DNA of 64,000 bases from Octopus vulgaris (taxonomy: Eukaryota). The notes under the pieces are model-generated. The model was given only the letters and a program-made list of their open reading frames with translations. It was not told the DNA's origin and searched no databases. The stretch covers positions 117,614,001 to 117,678,000 of the forward strand of contig OX597815.1 of NCBI GenBank assembly GCA_951406725.2, written 5' to 3'. Position numbers and translations under genes: made by a program. Shown here in pieces: positions 53,344 through 64,000 of the stretch; the stretch's first letter is position 1; each line of letters opens with the position of its first letter.

Positions 53344-55926
53344 TTACTAAGAATATGCACAATACGGCTAACAGCAGATTATTATATTAGCAAATGTATA
53401 ACTTAAAGTTTATTATGTAAACATAATGATTTACCATATTTATATTAAAATAATAACAAAGAAATATCCAAGAGAAAATTATTAAAAAATAAAGATATAA
53501 AAAGTATCAAAATGGGAATTATTCAAAATATAGAACATGAAAACATACTGTTCGTTACAATATGTGGGGTGAGGAGAGGCATAATGTGAGTTTTAGAAAT
53601 TCCTCTCATATTTTCCGCTTTAATTTCTTTTACTTCGTAAATTACTTTTACAATTGTTTATATAAACCAACATATTACTTTCCCAATTGTTTGGATACTA
53701 ATTTCTCGTAAGTGTATATTTTTCAGGCAAAACACTTTCTAAGATTTTCATTTCCTCCGATTTCCAACGATTGCATGACAGCTACTTCATTAAATTAATA
53801 CCATGTTCTATACCGGTTTCAGAAAAGAATAAATCCATGTAAATTAGTTGAACACTTTTATAACAGCTCAGCACTACAAAATAAGGAATCACCTCTGTTA
53901 TTGAAATCATACGAGATGACTCATATCAACCAATCTAATTTCCGATTGCATAACTGCGTTCTGTCATGGTGGAGCACCATGTTACAGAGGCCTGTAAAGG
54001 ATTGGTGTTGATAGGAAAACCAGCTGTTACATGTCAAATCAGAAAATTTCAGTCAAATTGTTGTATCTTCAAACACTAGCCAAGTCTATGTCAATCAATC
54101 TATGTTGCTTGCTTTTGTATATAGCCATGGACAAGAGCAACACCAATGAAGTTTTTGTAAGGCTTCTGAAATTAGCGATGAGGGAAGAAGAAAGAAACTT
54201 CACCTCGTGGATTATCGAGTTATCCTCAGACCAGAGACTTGTTCTGAACTTTTGACATCGAATGAATTATCTCACGATCCAAGGCGTAGTTTTAAACTTA
54301 GCAATAGATTAAGCTTCTTGATTTCGAATACTGATTCTAAATGGTAATCTAAACGGCAACTTTCTTGAATTCAGTGTCAACACTTTCCTTAAGTGTCCAT
54401 TCCATATTTCTGTTTCATATATTTAAAAATATTTCTCCCTTAAAGAGCACCCTCACTTAAAAAGGGCCTTATTCGACTTATCCGAGCATGGCAGCGTTTC
54501 CAGTAGCATTGGTTAAATAATACTAAAATTCTCTTCTCTGTAAATTGTCATTAATATGTTCTGTGTCACATTATAAAGTTGCTATGTCGAAAATAATCAT
54601 TGGAAAACATTATTTACTTATGCCGAAAGTATATTGAGAAAATGATGTCTAAAGGATGTTTTAAAAAATCCTCTGTTCGTTTTAAGAGAAAAACAAAATA
54701 TTTTACCTTAGATCAATTATCATATTAGGAAGTAGTTCGTTTTTTCTGTTGCATGCATCTAGAAGCAAACTAGATATAAACACTAAAAAGGGATCTGAAA
54801 TGACAAACTATAATTTTTATAAAAAGGGATCTGAAGTGATAAAATATAATTCTAATTTTACAGAAACGACTGCTGCGGCTGAAGATCGGATAGTTGAAAA
54901 CATCTCATCTCGATATCCCCCAACTATGTAACATTTACATTTACAAACCAAAATTATTCCTCTTTAGAATTTCCATTTTATACAAATACCAGTTTTAATT
55001 TACAGTAAACTGTAGTTATTTAGTTTCCAACATCACCAAATAGAAGTGATCTATTACCTGCCAATTGCTTATTCTAAACGGATTTTCTAACTTTAATAAC
55101 CTTAGAGGACTTCTGGTGTATAAATTCTTACTTCTTCGGAAACAGTTTCTTTATTATGGCATTAGCAAATTATATTTTCTAAATTTTATAACATTGTCAT
55201 TCTTGGACAAAGCGTTTCTTCATTCAACTTATTTATCGTATTTCATCAGCTATAATTAAGATTTATGATTGAGTTCATTTATCATACTGCTGTGGTCAGA
55301 GAACGACGACAAAACGTAGCTCAGGTTCACCAACATTTAACTATTTTAAGGTGAAATTTCATCTGGGTAAATGTCAATTTAATGAATGTGTCCACTGACA
55401 AATAAATTATTGATGACATGAACTCCATAATAAATTACTACCGACTTCGTAACTGGTTGTCATTATTTAGTCAAGGTTGAGTTGATGTGAATTTTCATTA
55501 GCACTGAAAATCGCCTGCAAACCAGTATTTCTAGCACTTTGCAACATAATATATTTTTAGACGCAGTTTATGAAATACCATAATTTTGAAATATAATCTA
55601 CGTATGGATCCATACATCTAGTAGCAGCGAATCTTTCAGATATTTGGGTTAGTCTAATTTGGAAATAGTATTTCCCAGATTACATTTAGAAATATTACAC
55701 TATATAATAGATATATTCTATCAAAGAAATTTTGTCTGACTGGAATGATATCATAATAATTAATTTGCATATTAGCTCTCCCTTCATATATAACTATATA
55801 AAATATCAATCTACTGTCGTAATTAACTTTTAATTAGATAATTTATTAATAACCACATGAATGGCCCTAAGTCAATATTATAAATGATATACAGATATCT
55901 GTTGAGTTATGTATGTATGTATGTTA

Positions 55927-55982
<56 letters not shown>

Positions 55983-56229
55983 GCATGTATGTATATGCCT
56001 GTGAGCATGCGTGTATGTATGAGTATATATATATATATATGAATACATGTATATTTGTATGCATGCATTTAATGTATGTTTATAAACATGACATATCTAT
56101 AAAAAGAAATACATACGTTCATAGCCTCCCCACCCCACACATACATATACATTTACGTGAAAATACTATCAAGAATAATCAAGGCTAGCTTAGCTTTAGG
56201 TCAGGTTCGTCATCGTCTTTAGGACGTTC

Positions 56230-57260
56230 ATGATATATCTCTCAAGGTGAAGATCGATCTTTAAAAGCCAGTTGCTCTCTCAGCTCTAGTATATGGAGCT
56301 GAGTCTTGGATCCTTTTCAACCAGCGTATAAAAACAACCCAACTTGTTATATATGCGATGTCTACACACAGTTTGCGGTATTGAGTTGCAAGATGAAGTT
56401 AGAAACAGTGAAACATTGCGATGATGCAACACGATTGTTATCGAAATTTATCTGATGAAACTACAGTAATGATGAGAGGGGCTCTAGGTTCCAATTAAAG
56501 ATGAGAGGCTCCCCAAACCACTGTTTCATAGCCAGCTTTGGGGCAGTAAACGCCCTGTAGGTCGTCTCCTCTTACGTTTCAATGATAAGAGTAAGGACGA
56601 CTTCAAAGTTCTGATATTGGTTTCGACTCTTGGGAAAACCTTGCTGAAAAACGAAACAAATACTTATTTTTTTTTTTTTACTTGTTTCAGTCATTTGACT
56701 GTGGGCATGCTGGAGCAACGCATTTAGTCGAGCAAATCGACCCCAGGACTTATTCTTTGTAAGCCTAGTACTTATTCTATCGGTCTTTTTGCCGAACCGC
56801 TAATTTACGGTGACCTAAACACACCAGCATCGGTTGTCAAGCGATGTTGGGGGGACAAACACAGACACACAAACATATACACACACATACATATACATAT
56901 ATACGACGGGCTTCTTTCAGTTTCCGTCTACCAAATCCACTCACAAGGCTTTAGTCGACCCGGGGCTATAGTAAAAGACACTTGCCCAAGGTGCCACGCA
57001 GTGGGACTGAACCCGGAACCATGTGGTTCGTAATCAGCTACTTACCACACTGCCACTCCTACGCAGAACATATTTAATTAGATTAAAACGGGCTGATGTG
57101 AGAAGGCAGAAATATCGTGTTCGACTTTATGCAGATCTTAAGTAGAGGCATCAACCAGGTCCTGCATAAAATGATTTCGTTTGTGATGATTGCGGATTCA
57201 TAGCACACAGCAAGGCAGGGATAGCTTCCCACAGTAGAATGCAAAACTTACTCAAGATCT
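56230..57260 (+). mobile_element. RTE (BovB-like) LINE 3' fragment interrupted by SINE C
   Basis: SALVYGAESWIL, MRCL..QDEVRNSETL, DERLPKPLFHSQL..RPVGRLLLRFND; after the SINE, FVCDDCGFIAHSKAGIASH (zinc-finger-like). Confidence 0.8.
56670..57064 (-). mobile_element. Full-length SINE family C (tRNA-like head, internal microsatellite, LINE-like tail)
   Basis: Minus GCGTAGGAGTGGCAGTGTGGTAAG..GGGTTCAGTCCC..CCTTGGGCAAGTGTC..CAGTCAAATGACTGAAACAAGTAAAA. Confidence 0.92.
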
Positions 57261-57376
57261 CCAGTCAACACCATAAAACATCCCTCACTAACTAATGCTC
57301 AGCTCAAGATCAAAATAAAGAAACCAAAATACGGACCGCACATCTGTCGTTTATGTGTGTGTGTGCGTGTGTGTGT

Positions 57377-57448
<72 letters not shown>

Positions 57449-57791
57449 AAGCACATAGAGGCACAGACACGCGTAAGTGTGCAGAAATACAGACTGCAAA
57501 AGAAAATTCCAATATTGAAGTACATGTGCAGTACTGCATTTAAAATAACTGCACCTCTCTCTCCCCTTTCTCTCTCTCCCCCTCCATGTATGTATATATA
57601 TGCATTTAATTAGAAGCGTTGTGTTTGCCTCGTATTTCCTCAATCAGAAATATTATTGTTATTACTATCATTGCCAACGCCGTCATCACCGACATCATTA
57701 TCTTCCTCATTAACATCGTCACTACATTGCATAAATATGTGTGTATATACGTGTATGTTTCTGTATGTGTGTGCTTGTGTGTATGTATGTA

Positions 57792-57855
<64 letters not shown>

Positions 57856-58634
57856 TGATTGTGTACGTGTATGATAGCGAAGTTAAACTTCCCCTTTGAA
57901 TATCACTTTACCATTCCTGGTTCTTAGCTTGAGAATAGTTGCCATTTGTAAATGTCAGGCGCATCGGTTTTGGTCATCTACTCATTAAGTCCTTTAAATG
58001 TGCTTAATACACACACACACATACACACACACACACACATACACAAGTACACACACAAGTAGATACACACATGTACACACACTTCTACATACACACATAT
58101 ACAAACCCATATGTATGACCATATGTTGTATATACATGTACATCTATATATTTGCATCCCTGTGTGCATGCCTAGATGCTTTTGTGCAGCATTTAGAGAA
58201 TAATAGGAAAGCACAAGTATCTATCCATCTATCACTGTCTATACACACACAAACTCACACTCACGCACGCATACAAACACACACACATACACACACCCAC
58301 ATATACACTTGCATTTATATACATGCACTCGCATATATATTACATGTATGAATGTATGTGATGGTATGTATGCATGTATGTATTGTATTGCATCTTGAGT
58401 GGGTCACTTTGCCAACGAGAAGCACACATACACGGGTTCAATTTCGCTATGATTATCATTAGTCAATTGGTTGATCAATTAATTGAGTGACTAATCAAAA
58501 ATAAAAGGATGTGAAACAGAACGAGTGTGTGTGTGTTTGTTATATGCAAAATGACCCTCCCAAGATGCAGCTACACCTCTCTTAACATACAATTTCACAT
58601 TTTGCAAAACAACTTCACCGATAACACACACACA

Positions 58635-58745
58635 CAGTAGTACCTCGGTTCTCGAACACCTCAGATCACGAATAAATCGTGCTTTATCTCCTGTCTTTCT
58701 CATATTCATTTATTCGTGATCAGAGGTGTTCGAAAAGGTACTATT

Positions 58746-58746
<1 letters not shown>
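58635..58746. mobile_element. Tigger/pogo-like MITE hairpin
   Basis: CAGTAGTACCT..TCGAACACCTCAGATCACGAATAAAT / ATTTATTCGTGATCAGAGGTGTTCGA..AGGTACTATTG. Confidence 0.7.
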
Positions 58747-58776
<30 letters not shown>

Positions 58777-58779
58777 ATC

Positions 58780-59068
58780 GCGTAATCACGTGATCGACCA
58801 GACTTTCGGTTGCTGTTATACATCACTGGCCACAATACACTTTGCATCGTTTTCGTTTTGGAATGATACCTCTCTGCTGGCTTGGCGAGCAGACTAATAT
58901 TCTCACTGGCCGAAGGCTATTCCATGACAAGATTACCCATTTATAGCTGGATGGACTGGAGCAACATGAAATGAAATGTTTTGCTCAAGAGCGTTAAGCA
59001 CTGTTCGTTCCGGAAATCGAACTCAGGATCGCTAGAGCAACACCCTAATCACTGGGCCATGAGCCTTC
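58780..59068 (-). mobile_element. SINE family B-related copy
   Basis: 3' end matches 36020-36125; head gaaggctcatggcccagtgattaggg on minus. Confidence 0.75.
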
Positions 59069-59079
59069 ACACACACACG

Positions 59080-59166
<87 letters not shown>

Positions 59167-59329
59167 ATATATATATATATCCATACATACATACATACAT
59201 ACATACATACATACATACATACATACATACATACATACATACATACATACATACATACGTACATACATACATACATGCATACATACATAAATATCACTTC
59301 GGCAACATCTTTTAACCACCGAGTTTCGA

Positions 59330-60290
59330 AGTGCATCCCTTGACCAAGTTTGCATATATGAGGCTGATAACATCATAAGACTTTGGAGGCAGTTCCTTAA
59401 GCAACATTCTACCGCATCGTATTATCATATGGAAGGATGAACCTGTATGAACAGAAGACTATGCATGGATATGTTAGTAGAAAGCTCCGGGATGATAGTA
59501 ACATCGATCATCAAATCAGTTTATCATGGACGAATAGCCGGGTTACTACCTCCCACTTTGAAGAGTATGCGTTTGCAATCCAGGAACAGGAAATATCAAC
59601 CAAGTACCTGATGCACAAAAGGGATAGAGATGCAGATTTTGTGGAGTTCACACTGAAGATATCACACATTATAAGCAGTTGTCCGAAAATGTCATCACGA
59701 ATTATCTACCGATGAGTCATGATGCTATAGCTAGGACACTCTGTAATGAAATCCATCGGAAGGATAATCCCGAGGACAAAGAAATAAGAACCCACAATAT
59801 GGTAGAAGCCATAGCTATTCATTATAAAAAGGAATACGGTGGAATGCCCCAGTGAAGACAACAATAAAATGTAAGCACAACAGACCTGATATAATGATTT
59901 GGGACTGAGAAGTGAAACTGTGTTCAGTTATGGAAATTAGCTGCCCAGCGGATGTTAACATAAAGCCGAAGATCAGTGAAAAGTAAGCACCTATGCTGAA
60001 CTATTGAGAAATTTGTAGTTACTCAATCCAGATTACAAGTTCAGATTTTTACCTGTAATCATTGGAGCTCTGGGATATGTAACACTTCCTAAATACCAAT
60101 CTTGACAAATTAGGCTTCTCAAAACCAGAAAGGAGAAAGCTAATTCAAAGACAACAGATCCAATCCATCAGTGGAACTGTAAAAATCTGTAAACCTTTCT
60201 AGAAGTTTATCATTTAAATATATATGAGCATGTCTAGATATGTAAACTATATGCATGAGAATATATACATAAAGCAAACATACAAATCTG
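59330..60290 (+). mobile_element. R4/Dong-like RLE non-LTR retrotransposon 3' fragment
   Basis: MHGY, FAIQEQEISTKY, CRFC..HIISSCPKM (CCHC), KCKHNRPDIMIWD, MEISCPADVN, PVIIGALGYV, GTVKICK. Confidence 0.9.
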
Positions 60291-60300
60291 CACACACACA

Positions 60301-60331
<31 letters not shown>

Positions 60332-60498
60332 GCGCATACACACACACATATACATACATACATACATACAAACAAACATACATACATACAAACGTATAAC
60401 TTATTAAGGGCACATAAAACTGTGAGATTGAACGCAATGATGCGCATAGTCATTCTTAATATTTTCCGGCAGATTTGCAAGTGAATATGGTAATTATT

Positions 60499-60538
60499 GC
60501 TGTATTTCGACTTTAGAAGCCGACTTCTTCCGTCAGGC
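60499..60538 (-). ncRNA. Strongly degenerate hammerhead-like motif
   Basis: Minus GC-CTGACGG-..AGAAG(TCGG)CTTCT..-GAAA-TAC-A-GC. Confidence 0.3.
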
Positions 60539-62391
60539 TTCGTTTCATATCTCAAATGATTCACTAATATAGGGAGACTTTGGGACGGGATTATGTCTAT
60601 TCAGTCAAAGCTACTGTCATATCTCTGAAGCTAAGCAAGAAAAGCCGTTCTTGTTCATAAAACCCAGCAAATAAATTACAATATACATTCCAGTCATGAT
60701 CATATCGTTTCTATTTTTGTACCCACGACTGTGGTAAATATATATTCCTTTATTTTTTAAGGGTAGAGAGTGATTTGAATGAGGTTGGGTTGTTATTTTT
60801 AGCAGATTCAGTCACCGCGTGGAAGTTCCTTCGTTGTCTTTCGTGGTGTTATAGTGTGATAGTATACTTATTTCTTCGTATTCTTTATTATCAATTTTGT
60901 AGTTATCTAGATTATGCAAGAGCAATGTTAAATCCAAGATGGAGAATATCCTTATGAGTACGAACCATGAATGACCAAGAAAAAGATTTATTTATTCACC
61001 ATAACATTGCCATTCAAAGATGAAGGAAACTAACAAATCTCAACTTGCATGTTCATCCGGTGTTTGATATTCAAAATATCGATCATTTCCTAACCATTTC
61101 TTATGTTCAGATCAACATTAGATTTGATACGCTTTACATAAATATGTACTGCTCAATTCTAATTTTACCTATTTCTTTTTTATAAATATTTCACTTTCTA
61201 TCTTTGCAATGTGAATTCATTAATGTTTCTGAAAGTCATTAACATTTGAGAATTCATTAAAACAGATTAAATCCAAATTGGAATAAATGTCGATTAAAGG
61301 AATACCTGAAACGACTTTATTACAAACCGGAGATTATACAATTAAATTAAATGATAACAGCTTGTTGCAGTTTCATACAGCTGATACAATTTCCGCTTCC
61401 TGCAGTAATAACTTCCAATATATAAATATTAATCGACTCAACACATTTTTACCAAATGTGTAATGGAAGTGGATGAGGATTGGTTTAGTTCTCTCATTAC
61501 TAATATAACGTCTACCTAAATCTCAAGAATGACTCACGGCTTGCATGAATAATGATACTGGTAGTTAAAATTTTTTACCATGCACCTGCGATAAGAACTG
61601 TAATTCCAGAACCATTCTGGCAGCATTAGAGTGTGTGTGTATATATATATATACTGCAATAATTTTTACAGTGTCCAGATTAATAACGACTTTGGTCAAG
61701 AGTTACACTGATTTAGACCAAAAGTCCTAGCCATTGCTCGCTGGCGAAATATGACTTTGTAACACGCACTGAGCTTTCTCTATGCTTCACTCTAATCGTC
61801 TAAGGTGCCTACACAGTAACAAGCAGACTTAGGCACCCTTTCGGCCATGATAAACTCGAGGAATGTGAGGAATATATTACATCCGGAATGTGACAGCTGG
61901 AGGAGCCGAGGGCAGCACAAGTACATGGCTGGTACTTACTATCAGCTGACTGAAGCAGCATTAAATAAACGCCGTGTGGTTTTCTAGTTATTTATGTCCT
62001 TATTTCGCTGGGTTAAAACTTTGTCTTTCATCCTTTTGAGATCGATAAAGTACCATCAAGTACTCAGGTTCATAATATCGACGAACTCCATCTCCCTTCG
62101 AAAACACTTGTGTTGTGCCTAAATCAGAAGTTATTATTATTATTCTTTCGTAACACAGTGTAGGTATATAGTGCACCGGAGGTCCTTTGAATAATTCACC
62201 TCTAGAAACATGGGTGTTTCTTTCAAGATCCTTAAACAACCCTTATTCAGGGACCTTTTGAGCGAGATGGGTTACTCGATCGGAAGAAAATTCTCACTGG
62301 GTTAGAATAACGACCTCAGACAGATAATACTTTCCTTAAGAAGTGCGCTGTGCCCAATAAGGCTGCTTTTTGCAAGGCATCAATCTTGGGA

Positions 62392-62463
<72 letters not shown>

Positions 62464-62482
62464 CATCATTATTATTATTATT

Positions 62483-62675
62483 AAGGCTGCGAGTTGGCAG
62501 AATCGTCAGCATACCTGACAAATCCTTAGCAGCATTTCATCTGTTTTTATGTTGGCAGTTCAAATTCCTCAGAGTTCGACTTTGATTTCATCCTTCAGAA
62601 TCGATAGAATAAGTATCAGTTGAGCACTGGCGTCTTCCCCCAAATTGCTGGACTTTTGCCAAAAATTTGAAATCA
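62483..62675 (+). mobile_element. SINE family A, degenerate
   Basis: aaggctgcgagttggcagaatcgtcagc head plus central domain. Confidence 0.75.
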
Positions 62676-62718
62676 TCATCATCATAATCATCATCATCAT
62701 CATCATCATCATCATTAT

Positions 62719-63271
62719 TGAGTGGGAGAGCAGTGCATGCCATCAGAATGACACTGGGGTAAATATACGAAGCCCAGTACACCCATCATGACTACCCGTC
62801 TGATAAGGGTACACCAGGCACATGCATCACAACCATATGTGTACGACATGGTGATCTCATATCAGGATAAACGGTGCATGACCTTGCAGGTGGGGCCCGA
62901 GTTAAAATTTTCTTCTGGTCGAGTAACCCATCCCACTCAAAAAATTCCTGAATAAGGATTGTTTAAGAATTTTGAACGAAACACCCATGTTTCCAGAGGT
63001 GAATTATTCAAACCCCAAAGAATCCCTCTCAACACATGGCTATGATGCTCCCCCACTACTTCTGCTCGTGATCAGAGATGCACATATCGTCAGCCACTAA
63101 GGAACTTGGTCAACTGGTTAAAGTCATACAACTGACAAGCAAATCTGGTATTGAGCAGAATATTTGCTGTAGCTCATCTTTTATGCCAAGACAAAACAAT
63201 GTACGTGATAACACTACCAATCAGTTAAGATCAGAAGCCACGAGAGCCACAGCCTGGTATTGCATTAGGGC
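62719..63271. mobile_element. Unclassified ~550-bp interspersed repeat bounded by (TTA/TCA)n
   Basis: A second copy starts at ~63945; an inverted partial copy lies at ~62185-62302. Confidence 0.75.
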
Positions 63272-63327
63272 ATTATTATTATTGTTGTTGTTGTTATTAT
63301 TATTGTTGTTATTATTATTATTGTCGT

Positions 63328-63383
<56 letters not shown>

Positions 63384-63754
63384 TTTGGTGTTGATATTTT
63401 CTCATACTTATGTATCGTTTATACTTAGAAATATGTTTCCCTGCCGAATACGTCAAGAGAACAACACGGACGCCTTGCATTGGCATTTGAGCAATTTGCT
63501 GTATAAGAGTGGAGGATGCAAGATGTTTATTTTCGTTTGGCACCAAGAGTGCATGCAGGTGCATCTGAATGTATAATGTTGTTGCTTGATATTTTTTTGG
63601 TCTTTTTCGCAGCGTACATGCTATATCAGTTGAACATTTTTTAACTGATTTTCTCTGTTATAAGTTTACAGTAATCGCCATCATAAAATTAACCGCCGCT
63701 ACTGTTAATATCTTTTACTCGTTGCGCAAATGTTTCTAATTATTTTTTATCGTA

Positions 63755-63817
<63 letters not shown>

Positions 63818-63944
63818 CATCATCATCATCATCATCATCATCATTATTATTATCATTATTATTATTATTATTATGATTATGATTATGATTATGATTATTA
63901 TTATTATTATTATGATTATTATTATTATGATTATTATTATTATT
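63755..63944. repeat. (TTA)n/(TCA)n/(ATGATT)n microsatellite
   Basis: Directly visible. Confidence 0.97.
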
Positions 63945-64000
63945 GAGTGAGAGAGCAGTTCATGCCATCAAAGTGACACTGGGGTAAAATATACGAAGCC

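Noticed and set aside
53970-54255. Possible very old RTE RT fragment
   Set aside because: Only vague similarity across frames; no intact motif
54784-54856. ~36-bp tandem duplication aaaaagggatctgaa..tataatt
   Set aside because: Two copies only, no spacers; not CRISPR-like

Overview
AT-rich, microsatellite-saturated eukaryotic non-coding DNA (intron or intergenic). The SINE repertoire points to a cephalopod, probably Octopus; this is inferred from recognised repeat sequence, not from a search. No host protein-coding gene can be supported, and almost the whole ORF track is microsatellite artefact. Recognisable content is decayed mobile DNA: CR1, RTE, L1/Tx1 and R4/Dong-like (RLE) LINE fragments, Penelope-like elements (PLEs), a near full-length DD34E Tc1 with long IR-DR-like ends, a deleted DD41D element, mariner/Tc1 stubs, hAT and Tigger-like MITEs, non-autonomous Helitrons and several tRNA-derived SINE families. 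The most notable signal is a dispersed set of a dozen or more minimal type-I hammerhead-ribozyme-like motifs, C(U/C)GANGA-helix II-GAAA-palindromic helix III-GUH. They sit in short non-coding PLE-terminus-like inserts, usually inside (TA)n tracts and often at inverted or direct repeats. One is a 397-nt-period, retrozyme-like 1.4-mer (22579-23145) whose repeat starts 3 nt after the predicted cleavage site. All folds were read by eye, activity is untested, and repeat boundaries are approximate.
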